64,000 bases of DNA from Mobula hypostoma (lineage: Eukaryota). The notes beneath the pieces are model-generated. The model saw only the letters and a list, made by a program, of their open reading frames with translations. It was not told the DNA's origin and made no database searches. Location of the stretch: the NCBI RefSeq assembly GCF_963921235.1, contig NC_086100.1, positions 123,504,001-123,568,000 on the forward strand. The letters run 5' to 3'. Of the stretch, positions 48,859 to 61,690 are shown piece after piece (the first letter of the stretch is position 1; every line of letters starts with the position of its first letter). A program made the translations under genes and the position numbers.

Positions 48859-49148
48859 GTGGGGCACGTGGCCAAGTGGTTAGGGTGTTGGACTAGCGAT
48901 CTGAAGGTCGTGGGTTCGAGCCTTGGCTGAGGCAGCGTGTGGGTCCTTGAGCAAGGCATTTAACCACACAATGCTCCAGTCCACCCAGCTGAGAATGGGT
49001 ACCGGCAAAAGTGCTGCGGGTTAACCTCGCGATAGACTGGCGTCCTATCCAGAGGGGAGTCTCATACTCTCAGTCGCTTCACGCCAGGGAGACTGGCATA
49101 AGCACCGGCCTGATGGGCCACAAGACTCGTGACAGACTTTTTAAAAAA
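48859..49148 (+). mobile_element. tRNA-head SINE with CORE-like body, inside the Gypsy 3' LTR
   Basis: 10-bp TSD ATGTAATAGT (48849-48858, 49149-49158); A box TGGCCAAGTGG, B box GGTTCGAGCC, A tail. Confidence 0.92.
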
Positions 49149-50010
49149 ATGTAATAGTACATGAATGGCACAGATCATCATACCACCACGTCATATGTGC
49201 AAGCCTCGCTTAAAGTAAAAATGAAACTAACACCCATTCTCCTGGGCCCCCAACTTTTTCTTGCAATTAGTTTTTACAAAATGGTGAGCTGCCAACTCTA
49301 TCTTGCCCAGACATTGTGATTAACCAACCCTAGGAAAATAAACTCATTATTACAGGCTGAGTGTTTAAAATGGGATCAGTACAGTGAGACATGTTACGAG
49401 AAGCACGGACACAATGGGTGAAGGGCCTGTTTCCATTCTCTGTGACTTTCTGACTCCATGATACTATGCAATAATAGGAATTTTTTACTTGTATTTTTCT
49501 GAGTGAGATTATGTTTCAGATTGTGAATGCATATTCACTGGTTACTGATAATTAAAGTAAAGTTGGCAAAATGAAATTTTGAACATTGGAAGCTCTGGAT
49601 AATTGCAAACACAATAATTCTCAGTGACTTTCTGCCTCTCAACAATAGAAAGATTTTTCATTGGTAAGATATGGTGGTTGCACTTAGTGGGGTGGATGGG
49701 GTGTATCTGTCACCAACGCAGAGAAGGATTCACACTGTCCTGTTATGCCCCTCTAATGTGTCTCAAAATGCCAAGTTATCGCACTTAAAGATTTATAGAT
49801 TATAGCTGCGTGTCACTCATTATGCCTTAGCCACAAATAATGCAACAGTTATTTTGAGTCAGAAATGGTTACAGTATTTTATATATTTCACCTGCAAATT
49901 CTTCACTTAGTTATGACAAGCATTGAGGGAGTTGTTACCTTACTCCAGAGGGCTCCACTTAGGTCTTGAATAAGAGTGACTGATTTTTCAGACTTTGAGA
50001 CTGTAAGCTC

Positions 50011-51516
50011 TTAGAACCATAGAACCATAGAACACTACAGCACAGAAAACAGGCCATTTGGCCCTCCTAGTCTGTGCCAAAACTTTATCCCACTAGTCCC
50101 ATTGACCTGCACCCAATCCATAACCCTCCAGACCTCCCCCATCCATGTATCTATCCAATTTATTCTTGAACTTAAGAGTGAGCCCGCATTTACCACATCA
50201 GATGGCAGCTTGTTCCACACCCCCACCACTCTCTGAGTGAAGAAGTTCCCCCTAATGTTCCTCCTAAACCTTTCCCCTTTCACCCTAAAGCCATATCCTC
50301 TTGTATTTATCTCTCCTAATCTAAGTGGAAAGAGCCTACTCGCATTTACTCTGTCTATACCCCTCATAATTTTGTAAACCTCTATCAAATCCCCCCTCAT
50401 TCTTCTACACTCCAAGGAATAAAGTCCTAACCTGTTCAATCTTTCCCTGTAACTCAACTCATGAAGACCCGGCAACATCCTAGTAAATCTTTTCTGCACT
50501 CTTTCAATCTTACTGATCTCCTTCCTATAGTTAGGTGACCAGAACTGCACACAATGTCACCAATGTCTTATACAACCTCCCCATAACATCCCAACTCCTA
50601 TACTCAATACTTTGATTTATGAATGCCAGGATGCCAAAAGCCTTCTTTACAACCCTGTCTACCTGTGACGCCACTTTCAGGGAACTATGTATCTGAACTC
50701 CCAGATCCCTTTGTTCCTCCACACTCCTCAGTGCCCTACCACTTACTGCGTAAGTCCTACCTTGATTTATCCTTCCAAAATGCAACACCTCACACTTGTC
50801 TGCATTAAATTCCATCTGCCATTTTCTGGCCCATTTTTCCAGTTGGTCCAGATCCCTCTGCAAGCTTTGAAAGCCTTCCTCATTGTCCACAACACTTCCA
50901 GTCTTAGCGTCATCAGCAAACTTGCTGATCCAATTTACCACATTATTATCTAGATCATTGATATAGACAACAAACAACAATGGTCCCAGCACAGATCCCT
51001 GAGGCACACCACTAGTCACAGGCCTCCAGTCTGATAAGCAATCATCCACTACCACTCTCTGTCTTCTCCCATACAGCCAATTTCGAATCCAGTTTACAAC
51101 CTCTCCATGGATACCTAGTGCCTGAACCTTCTGAAATAACCTCCCATGTGGGACCTTGTCAAAAGCCTTACTAAAGTCCATGTAGACAACATCCACAGCC
51201 TTTCCTTCATCTGCTTTCTTGGTAACCTCCTGGAAAAACTCTACAAGATTCGTTAAACACGATCTACTACGCACAAAGCCATACTGACTATCCTTAATCA
51301 GCCCTTGGCTGTCCAAATACTTGTATATCCAAGCTCTCAGAACACCTTCCAATAATTTACCTACTACTGATGTCAGGCTCACCAGCCTGAAATTACCTGG
51401 CTTACTTTTGGAGCCTTTTTTAAACAACGGGAACAACATGAGCTACCTCCCAATCCTCTGGCACCGCACCCATGGCTCAGTACATTTTAAATATTTCTGC
51501 CAGGGCACCTGCAATT
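50011..51516 (-). mobile_element. CR1 LINE RT plus 3'UTR
   Basis: ORFs 50531-51439 and 50035-50550 (MDFSKAFDKVPH, GVPQGSVLGPLLF, KFADDAK); (TTCTATGG)n tail. Confidence 0.95.
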
Positions 51517-51522
51517 GCTTAC

Positions 51523-51570
51523 CTTTTGCAGTTTGGACTTTAGAATTCAGAAAGTCAAAAGTGCAAATAT
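51523..51570 (-). CDS. Candidate 48-bp symmetric exon (xICTFDFLNSKVQTAK), gene unknown
   Basis: Acceptor TTCTTTATATTTCAG, donor AAG/GTAAGC, one open frame of three. Confidence 0.25.
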
Positions 51571-52059
51571 CTGAAATATAAAGAACAATTCTTCTTCAAA
51601 TGAATTATATGCAATTAAAATTGTTGAATTTTGAGTATTTATTCATAACTTTTATTCAAATGAATGATGTTTTGTGTGGCTTGCATTGAGCTTTCAATAA
51701 CCCTACTTAAGAAAAAGCTCAATTGTCAGCTTTTGAATAAAGACTAGTGAAATAATAAGACCTGGTGAAATTGGTATCACTTTTATATTACATGAAGTGA
51801 GGAAGAACAATTCTTTACTCTAAAAGCAGGCTCTCCCTTTTATCAATGCATGTTTTTAATATCTTAACACACTGCTGTGAATTTCCACAGTTCTCCCATG
51901 CAACGAGTATTTTTTTCTGAGAATGACATGATTCTTTTGACTATAACATGAAGATGAAAACACTTTGAAAATTTAAGTATTTTCAAACATTTAGTAAATT
52001 TTATGCGAAACGTTGTATAGTAATGTACATTGCACTGAAACACACTGTTAAATCACACA

Positions 52060-53465
52060 TTTTGTTCAAAAAAGGTAGTAGGAATAGTCTGGGTAATTAT
52101 CGACCAGAGAGCCTTACGTCTGTGGTGGGAAAGCTGTTGGAAAAGATTCTTAGAGATAGGATCTATGGGCATTTAGAGAATCATGGTCTGATCAGGGACA
52201 GTCAGCATGGCTTTGTGAAGGGCAAATCGTGTCTAACAAGCCTGATAGAGTTCTTTGAGGAGGTGACCAGGCATGTAGATGAGGGTAGTGCAGTAGATGT
52301 GATCTATATGGATTTTAGTAAGGCATTTGACAAGGTTCCACACAGTAGGCTTATTCAGAAAGTCCAAAGGCATGGGATCCAGGGAAGTTTGGCCAGGTGG
52401 ATTCAGAATTGGCTTGCCTGCAGAAGCCAGAGGGTTGTGGTGGAGGGAGTACATTCAGATTGGAGGATTGTGACTAGTGGTGTCCCACAAGGATTGGTTC
52501 TGGGACCTCTACTTTTCGTGATTTTTATTAACAACCTGTATGTGGGGGTAGAAGGGGGGGTTGGCAAGTTTGCAGACGACACAAAGGTTGGTGGTGTTGT
52601 AGATAGTGTAGAGGATTGTCGAAGATTGCAGAGAGACATTGATAGGATGCAGAAGTGGGCTGAGAAGTGGCAGATGGAGTTCAACCTGGAGAAGTGTGAG
52701 GTGGTACACTTTGGAAGGACAAACTCCGAGGCAGAGTACAAAGTAAATGGCAGGATACTTGGTAGTGTGGAGGAGCAGAGGGATCTGGGGGTACATGTCC
52801 ACAGATCCCTGAAAGTTGCCTCACAGGTAGATAGGGTAGTTAAGAAAGCTTATGGGGTGTCAGCTTTCATAAGTCGAGGGATAGAGTTTAAGAGTCACGG
52901 AGTAATGATGCAGCTCTATAAAACTCTGGTTAGGCCACACTTGGAATACTGTGTCCCGTTCTGGTCACCTCACTATAGGAAGGATGCGGAAGCATTGGAA
53001 AGGGTACAGAGGAGATTTACCAGGATGCTGCCTGGTTTAGAGAGTATGCATTATGATCAGAGATTAAGGGAGCTAGGGCTTTACTCTTTGGAGAGAAGGA
53101 GGATGAGAAGAGACATGATAGAGGTATACAAGATATTAAGAGGAATAGATAGAGTGGATAGCCAGCGCCTCTTCCCCAGGGCACCACTGTTCAATACAAG
53201 AGGACATGGCTTTAAGGTAAGGGGTGGGAAGTTCAAGGGGGATAGTAGAGGAAGGTTTTTTACTTGGAGAGTGGTTGGTGCGTGGAATGTACTGCCTGAA
53301 TCAGTGGTGGAGGCAGATACACTGGTGAAATTTAAGAGAGTGCTATACAGGTATATGGAGAAATTTAAGGTGGGGGGGGGTTATATAGGAGGCAGGGTTT
53401 AAGAGTCGGCACAACATTGTGGGCTGAAGGGCCTGTACTGTGCTGTACTATTCTGTGTTCTATGG
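52060..53465 (+). mobile_element. CR1 LINE RT plus 3'UTR, young (RT frame open)
   Basis: 459-aa ORF 52023-53402 with all RT motifs (KFADDTK); 5'-truncated. Confidence 0.95.
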
Positions 53466-53589
53466 TGTAACAAAAATGGCAGTGCTGAATCCCCTTCTGT
53501 AAAAATAAGGACAATATTGCTCCTTTATTATTGAAAAAGGTGAATCCTGATTGGAATCAATTGTAAGAACATATACTGATTCTTCAACT

Positions 53590-53893
53590 TTATTAATTAT
53601 TTATTTATTTAGCAATACATGGTGCAGCTGGCTTTTCCAACTTTGCGAGCCATGCTGCCCCAGCAACCCCCAATAACCCCAGTTAACCCTAGCGTAATTA
53701 CGTGGCAATTTACAATGACCAATGAACCTGCCCGGTACATCTTTGTGCTGTGGGAGGAATCTGGTTCAACCACAGAAAGCCCTCACATTCCACAGGGAGG
53801 AAGTACAGAGAGAGTGCCGGAATCAAACTCCAAATTTCAACACCCCCCAAGCTGTAATAGTGTCACGCTAACCACTACATGAATGTGGCACCC
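53590..53893 (-). mobile_element. V-SINE-like SINE
   Basis: CAATTTACAATGACCAATGAACC..CATCTTTG..TGTGGGAGGAA (reverse V-domain-like), tRNA-like head near 53850-53893, (TAAA)n tail. Confidence 0.7.
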
Positions 53894-56729
53894 ACAAATT
53901 TGTAACAAATTTAACAATAAAATTTTATTAACGAGTGCTTAATATTTCAGAGCATATGGATATTGTGATTTTTTTTTGTTGGCTTAAATCAGATATGGAT
54001 AGTAAGAGGGTCTGAAAGATTTACAAATCTTTGATAATGTTGGAACAGGCATATATTACTAGGAAACTCAAACCATTGATAGTTAAAAGATTGATAGTTT
54101 TGGGAACTTCCGTCTCTCTGATACCCCCATTTGCACTCTGCCTGAGGTTAGTGACCTTTGCTTGCATATATAATTCAGAATTATCAGAAGGCATTTCTTG
54201 TCTACTTCTATAACTAATTGTCTTCTAAAATTATATACATTGTCCCACACTCCAGTAAATAATTATAGGCAAGTGAAAATCTTGGCTTGGCTAGTTTCCA
54301 TGCATATTCCAGATGTTTGTTTGTTTTTCTTTTCTTTGAAATGACTGCTGCCTCGTATTTCCATGCCCACGTGTGCAGAAGCCGGGAGCAGAAGCTCATG
54401 GCGGGCTTGCTCACATTTATGAAGTTCAGACAGTCCTCAGGTCAGATTAGCTAAGTGCAATCTTTTGGTCCAACAGGGTCAAATTCAGAACCCATGCCTT
54501 GTGTATGTTCAGAAAAAAAAAACACAATACCGGAACCATATCAGCTTAGTTAAAATTATTCACTATTCATGTGTGTTTCCAATTAAAAGACGAATTACAT
54601 TAAAGTGTTTACTTTGCTAGCCATTAATGTGGTACTGATGTTGATGTGAAGAATAATTTTTTTGTGAGAATTAACAAACAGAACCAAAACAAATTAATTT
54701 TTTTGCCAATGTCCCTGTGGTCACTCTGATCTAAAGAAATTGTAAATGTAAATACAGTGCACTGCGAGCACAAGCACATGGTTATGTATATTAAATCCTT
54801 ACATGTTGAATTTCAACCTAAAGTGTTGAGGAACCAAGTTCTTCCCATTTTCCTCATTCAGTCCCTACATCCCTGCATGCTTATTTCCCTCAAGCTTATT
54901 TAATTTCCTCTTACCTTTTATAAACACACCAAATTCCGAACACCTCAATCAATTCTTCCTTCCATTTTGATCCAAGAAGGAAAATCCCAGATTTTCATCC
55001 TGAACTTCTACCTAAAATCTCATATTGCATGAAGAATTTCATCTGTCTTCCACATCCTATCTAAGATGTGGTGATCTGAGTTGCAACCAGTTCACCAAAT
55101 GTGGTCCAAACAGATCTTTGTAGAACTTCAACACAACTGTTTGGCTTTGTGCTCAATACTTTTATTTATGAAATCCGAGCTCCCAAATGTCTTGCTAACT
55201 ATTCTCCTAATAGATCTTCCCCTTCAGTTGAGAACATAAGAACATCAAAAAAACAGAAAGCTCGATCTTCTATATTAGTGTAATTTTCAGCATTACTTCC
55301 ATATCCCTTTAGCCCAGAAATCTGCTGATAAACTGCTTGGAATGAAGACCACAGCCCTCCAAGGTGGATAAGCTAAAAGTTTCACCACCTTCCCCTCAAT
55401 CCTAAATGGCCTGTCTTTTATTCTCAAACTGGTTGATTGCTTAGCCAAGGGAAACAATCTCCTCTCAGGCCCTTTAAGAAGGGCTATGCATACAAGCCCC
55501 TATGTCCCTCTGTTCCTGCGCACTGTACTATTAGGTTTATATTGCCTCTTTGCCTACATTCCAGCAAAATTTATTATTGAATTTATAATTAATTTAATTT
55601 ACTAATAAATTAAATTTATTATCTGAATTAAGCTTGATCTGGTCCTGTTCTGCCTATTCTACAGGTGAGTTTACTGTGCATCATCCTCAATGTCTGACAA
55701 ACCTCCAAGTTTGGAACCAGTGAACAATTCTTAAAATTTAGTTTGCTGGACATTGATTAGTAATTATTTTCTGGTAATCGTCCAATGAGAAACCATGGCA
55801 TCTTTCTGTAACATTGGTGGAAGATTAACATGGTAAATTAATGGCCATTGTAGAGTTAGAAAGCTTTTGTATTTTAAATTCACTAATGTAATAGTGAGAA
55901 TCTGAGTTAAATTCTAAATCAAAAAAACTGGAGTTAATTTGAGTTAAAATTAACATTACATTATATAACGCAATTGCTGCACTGCCACTGTTCACTGCAT
56001 TGCAGGCTTAACTTTCAAATATTGGTAATGCTGACGTCTCCCCATTAATATGATCACTGCATGCAGTTAGCATGATGTGCTGACTACAATTGCCTGAATC
56101 AATGAGCTCCATCATCATAAACTGGCAGCACTACATAATGACAACTCGCATGTCTAAAAAGTAAAGCTGCATTGTGAATGCAAGTGGCGGTAGAACTTGC
56201 TTTACAAAATAAGCTTGTGCCGTTGAAGATTGTAGAATATGGAAGAGGTTGCTCAAGTGTTTTTTGATAATGTACCAGAAGTTTTGGATCAAAGCATAGG
56301 GAAGAGGAAAGACATTTTGTGTATTAACAGGAGGTAGAAGGGCAACATGAGGGAAGCAGTGATGAAGTGATATGAATAATGCATCCATTAGCTGCACTCA
56401 TAGCCTCAGGCCTGCTGAATCCACTACAGCCCCACCACCCACCTACTAACAATCCTATCATTCATGCACTATAGCAAATAGGCACCAATGAACCAAACCT
56501 AATATCTGACATTATCCCAAAGTGGGAAGTTTGTGCTTCCTTAGCAGCAGTTCACATTTCTCAGTTTTTTGAACTTAAAAATACAACAGCTTGGTGAGAT
56601 TGACTGTAATTCAGCAAAAGCTCCATCACACAGACAGCCTTCTTTCCTCACTTATTCTATAATATTCACATCCTTCGTGTCAACATTTTTTTTAGCTTCC
56701 TGAGGAAGTAAAAGCATTAGTGTCTACAT

Positions 56730-57855
56730 GGTTGGATCAGGACAGGCTGTTGGGGTGATGTTCACCCCTTGAAATAGAAGCTCTCAACTCTCTTGCCTAG
56801 AGTGCCATTGATATGAACATGTGCACTGTCCTCTTCCTGAAGTCACTGACCAGCTCTTTTGTTCTGGTGACATTGATGGAAAGGTTGTTGTCAGGAAACA
56901 ATGCCACTAGGTTATCTTTATTTCCTTTTTATATTCCAACTGATTGTTATCTGAAATACAGGGTACTACGGTGCTATCGTCTATGAACGTAGATGGAATT
57001 AAAGCAGGATCTGGCCACAGTCATGAGTGTACAGAGATGATAGTGGTCTTTTTAAAACAAGTGATGATCTCGGAATGAAGTAAAGAGAGATTAAAAAGAC
57101 CTATAAACAACCCAGCCAGCTGATCTGTGCAGGAACTAAGGACGCAGCTGTGGATTCTCTTTGGGCCAAATGCTTTCTGAAGGTTCACTCTCTCTCCAGA
57201 ATACTAATCTTGCATCCGCAACAGCAGCTGCATTGGAGGCTGTTGGGGTAGGTGGTGACATTCTAAGCCCAATTCCTTTCAAAGCATGCATAGAGTGCAT
57301 TAAGCTGATCAGGAAGAGATGCTCTGCTGTTGGAGATGCTGCCTGACCATGTTCTGTAGCCTGTTACAGCATGTCAGCGTTGCCATAATGATGGTTGCTC
57401 GGGCTTGACTTTAAAGTCATATTGTCTCTTGGCATCTCTGATAGTTTTATAAAGGCCATATTTCAATGTCAAGTATAGTTTAGGGTTGCTTGATTTGAAT
57501 GCCATAGAACTGGACTTCACCAGCAAATAGATCTCCTGGTTCATCCATGGTTTCTTGTTTGGGCACACCCAGATTAACATCTTTGGTGCACAGTCCTCCA
57601 CACACTAACTGATATAAGATCTGTGATGTTGGTGACATATTCATCTAGGCTGGCTGCTAGGTCTTTGAATATGGACCAGTCTACTGACTCAAAGTAGAAC
57701 CTTATCTATTTCTACAGACTAGCACTGTATGACTTTCCATACTGAATCATCATGTTTTAATTTCTGGTTGCCTTCAGGAAGATGGAGTACAGCCTGATGG
57801 TCTGATTTACCAAAGTGTGGGTGGGATTGGTTCAGCAGGCATCATTAAAGGTTGA
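56730..57855 (-). mobile_element. Old Rex1/Babar LINE fragment
   Basis: VCPNKKPWMNQEI..YGLYKTIRDAKRQY plus RT remnants. Confidence 0.7.
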
Positions 57856-58089
57856 TCAAGAGTGATTGATCCCCTGGTGGGGCAGCAGATGAGCTGGTTG
57901 ATATTCAACAGAATAATTATCTCCAAGTTCCCCATCGCCAAAATCCCACTTAACTACCAAATAAACACCGTGGTTACAAGAGAAGATCAGATCCTTAACA
58001 AGTGACTCCTCAAAGTCTTTGACAAGGCACATCAGAAGTACCCTGCTCTCCACTTACCTGGGCAAGTACAGTTCTGAGCAGCTCAATGT

Positions 58090-58820
58090 CACGGTGGTGC
58101 AGCTAGCAGAGTCTGTCTCAGTCCCTACCATTAATTCCCCATTTTCCCCTAATTCCCTTTGATTGTGCCATGGTTCTGACCGTTAATCCCCCATTTTCTC
58201 CTAATTCTCTTTGATGACAGCACACCTGGTTTTCATCAAGACCTGCAGCATAAGAACCCTGGCTTTGCACCCACTAGTTGCCAGATCGTTGGTTTTGCCA
58301 GAATGGTGATTAATGCTTCCCGGTCGCTTAGGATTATGTGTCCTAAGTTTTGTTTCAGTACCGAGATTTATCTGTGAAACTCAGTCTCTCCATGTCAAGA
58401 TATATTCTGCCTGTCTCCTGCCTTCCTGCTCGCCTTCCTGTTTGCCATTCAACGCTCACGCCCGCGTCTGCATCCTAACTAAATCTCCGTGCCTGTGTAC
58501 TGCGCTTGGATTTGCCTCATTCGCTGCAACGGAGTCACTCTGTACACTGCCAGAGTTCAATTCTGGCCTGGGGTGCTGCGTCTATGGAGTTTGATGTGTA
58601 TGGGCTTCCTTCAACATTATAAATACACATGTGTTTGTAGGTTAATTTGCCTCTGTAAATTACTTGTTTGTGAAGGTGAAGTGATAGAATTTGGGAGGAG
58701 GTGTGGATGACATTGTGGGGAGAATAGGAAAATGGGATGACTGGAGTATTAGTGTTAAGGGATGGTTGACTGTAGACTCAGTGGGCTGATGAGTCTTTGC
58801 TGTGCTGTGTCTCTGTGACC
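58090..58820 (+). mobile_element. V-SINE-like SINE interrupted by a solo LTR
   Basis: Head CACGGTGGTGCAGCTAGCAGAGTC resumes at 58532 with a B-box-like GAGTTCAATTC and GTAGGTTAATTTGCC..TGTAAATT. Confidence 0.65.
58114..58531 (+). mobile_element. Solo LTR (putative)
   Basis: Starts TGT and ends AACG (CA mutated), flanked by 5-bp GAGTC (58109-58113, 58532-58536). Confidence 0.65.
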
Positions 58821-58863
58821 AGCCAGGACAAAGTTGTTCATATGCTTGATACTTCTTAGATAT

Positions 58864-59816
58864 CACTGAGCAACAATTTTTTTCCAGAAATATTGCTTCC
58901 TCAGAATATTTTTAGCTTATGATAGACTGTCTGCATCTGAACACAATTATTAAATTCAGACTACTTATGTCACTTAGGAATTTGGAGAAACAAGAAACTT
59001 ACTGTTATTGAAATGACATTTTAATTGCATAACGGTGCTGACGCTTTGCAATAATTCAACTAAGCTCAAATGTTTTGTTAATGATTTTTGTCTGTACTCA
59101 GTGTCTAAGGCTTCTTGCTTAAATGTCCAACAATAATCAACCTGCATTGATGGATTCCAGTTGCCCTGATACCGTTTCTCCATGACCACAATGTCCTGGT
59201 GAAACCTTTCACCATGCTCATCACTGACAGCGCCAAGAGAAGAAGTCTAAATGGCAATGCAGAAAATGAATCGATAGTGACATGTTGCACTTCATGGTTT
59301 TGTATGCATGAAGCGTGTTGTCAACCAGCTGCACATCATTTGGTGCTCTGTAGTTGCCAAGAAAATTTTCAACAACATCCCAGAGTGCCTTCCATGTGAT
59401 TTTCTCCAGTCCCACTAGAAGTTCTTCAAATTGCTTGTCATTGATGACCTGTTTGATTTGTGGACCAACAAAAATGCCTTTCTTAACCTTGGCATCAGTT
59501 ATTCTGGAAAACATCTGTCTTAAATATTGAAATCCTTCACGGAAATTTATAGCCTTTCTAAAATCTATCCTTTCATGTAGCATCAGCCCTGCCTAAGCAT
59601 GCCCAGGCATGCCTGGACAAGGTAGAAAACTTTTCAGCTTGCATTGTGGGCAGCATTGTAACTGACTTGAATTATGAATTGAAATAAGAATTATAGGCAA
59701 CTTCAAAAAGATGGTGCGTGGTAGGGAAATCTTATAGTGAGTTTCATGATGAGCAGCCCAAAATCCTTAGGGTACACCCGATAGTATTCAGGAAGCAAAA
59801 TCATTGTTGTGCAGTG
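58864..59816 (-). mobile_element. Chapaev3-type DNA transposon, internally deleted
   Basis: CACTG..CAGTG inverted termini, 3-bp TSD TAT. GIFVGPQIKQ..FLGNY..CNMSLSIHFLHCHLDFF..VSDEHGERFHQDI..EKRYQG.W..DYCW. Confidence 0.8.
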
Positions 59817-59924
59817 TATTTTATCCCTTCACATTGGTGCATTCACTTCTGTGGAGTAAACCATCAAGATGCACCATTAAGAACTCTCAAAGCCTTCAAC
59901 AATATCTCTCAAATCCACTATTAT

Positions 59925-60420
59925 GTGATTAGTAAGTTTTTGGAAAATACCAAAATGAATGGCGTGGTGGACAGAGGAAAAGGTTGTCCAAGGTTACAAC
60001 AGGATCTTGATCAACCGGAAAAGTGGGTTAAGGAATGGGAGATGGAATTTAACTCGGAGAAATGTGACATGAGGCATTTTGAAATGTTATACCAAGGTCG
60101 GTCGGGAGTGTTGTAGAACAGTCAGACCTAGGAGTACAATTATATAGTTCCCAAAAGCAGTGATACAGGAAGACAAGGTGGTGACAAAGGCGTAAAACAC
60201 AGTTGCCTCCACTGAGCGGTGTCCTGAGTACACGTATGACAGCTGAGCGAAACATCGGCGAGACGACAACTGAAATATCGAGTGCACTTCTGGCCATTAT
60301 ACTATAGGAATAATATGATTAAGCTAGATATAGTGCAAGAAAGTTTCACAAAGATGTTAATGGGCAAACAGAAGGAGCTGCGAGTGACCTTATAGAGGTT
60401 TATAAGATCATGAGGGGCAT
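59925..60420 (+). mobile_element. Old CR1 fragment
   Basis: KFLENTKMNGVVD..LQQDLDQPEKWVKEWEMEFNSEKC. Confidence 0.75.
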
Positions 60421-60534
60421 TGCTAACGGTCCTATTCATACTGAGAAAAAATTGGCTTCAATATAAATTGGCTGAGCGCAGTTACTGAACACAGGACTGG
60501 ATGGGGAGAGCATATAGGCTGATATAGGAGTCCA

Positions 60535-60811
60535 ATTATTGGGATACTACACCAAATAGGCCCTTCAAGCCACACCACCCAGCAATCCCCAATTAACCCT
60601 AACTAATCAGAGGATAATTCACAATGACCAATTAACCTACTAACTGGTACATCTTTGGACTGTGGGAGGAAACAGAGCACCCAGGGGAAAACAACCACCT
60701 TCTGGGGGAGGACATCCAGACTCCTTACAGATGACGGCAGAACTGAACTCCAAAATCCGACTCTCCAAGCTGTACTAGCCTCGCACTAACGGCTACACTA
60801 CCATGGCGCCC
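60535..60811 (-). mobile_element. V-SINE-like SINE
   Basis: Homologous to 53590-53893. Confidence 0.7.
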
Positions 60812-61641
60812 ATTAGGGCACTGTGCAGGAGAGCTCAGTTCATTCACAAACAGAGTGATCAGAACACTGTCTCATGCATTGTACATTAAATGATACGTCA
60901 CACAACAGAAAAATCAGATCACTGCAAGAGTGGAGAAAAATAATAAGGATCTGTTTCCAAATGTTTAGGCATTATCATACCTGGAAATTCTGCCTATTTA
61001 TGTTTGGTTTTAATTATTATAGTTAAAACACATCTTTCTGAGGTACCACAACAAGAACTTAAATAACGAAATTAGTCAGTTGATAAAAAAAGAGAATGCG
61101 GATTGTGAAAAAAACTCGCAGTTCAAAAGTTGCAAAGGTCAGTTAGTACCCAAAGGGTTAGACAGTGCTTCTTTAAAACACAGGAAAACACACAGGCTAA
61201 GCAGTAAACATCTGCTTCAGAAGTTAATTCAATTTAGAGAACTTATGTCCCAGTCTTAACCAAATATTTCATTAACAAACATCTAAACAAATGCTTTCAA
61301 GTTTCTATCAGCCCATGGAGTCAGAGTGACTTAATCCTGAATAATAGTCTGGTTCTTCCTCATCGTAGTAATCATTCCCAGACATCATGATTCCATTACC
61401 CTATGACCCCAGCACTGATCACTCACCCAAAAGACCGGCAGGAATTGAGGATGAACAGAAGAGAGGGAGCAAGCATTCCCTCACACTTGCTGACTTGTCA
61501 GGGAGAAACCCTTGGAGAAAGGTCATGTGACATTGCAGGAAAGTCACCCATAGGACATTAATCAAAGATGACAACTAAAAGAAGACTTAACAAATCATCA
61601 AGGCAATTGCAGCGCTTACATTAAATTTTTTTCATACTCAC

Positions 61642-61690
61642 AACGGCTGTCTGAAAATAACCACCTACGCAGTTCTTTGCAAAGTCAAAC
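61642..61690 (-). CDS. Candidate 49-bp host exon (xFDFAKNCVGGYFQTAV), gene unknown
   Basis: Acceptor TTCCTTCTCGTTTGTCTAG, donor GTGAGTAT, one open frame of three, in non-repetitive DNA. Confidence 0.4.

Larger units (their letters stand above)
37843..49281 (+). mobile_element. Old Ty3/Gypsy LTR retrotransposon, internally deleted, host of the nest
   Basis: 5' LTR 37843-38080, primer-binding site TGGTGATGAG, gag ATG at 38286 resuming at 45891, protease MKLDTASAVS, RT CYLDDI, integrase SAPYHPATNGLVERFVQ, polypurine tract AGGGAGAAG 48741-48749, 3' LTR from 48750 to about 49281. Confidence 0.85.

Noticed and set aside
48859-48935. tRNA gene
   Set aside because: The A and B boxes belong to a TSD-flanked SINE head; there is no proper acceptor stem or terminator.
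52023-53402. 459-aa ORF as a host or domesticated gene
   Set aside because: It is a 5'-truncated CR1 RT with its own 3'UTR and tail. The ATG is in flanking DNA and the open frame is explained by young age.
58033-58042. ACTTACCTGG as a U1 snRNA start or minus-strand splice donor
   Set aside because: No further U1 similarity, and the upstream sequence on the minus strand runs into a SINE with no clear acceptor.
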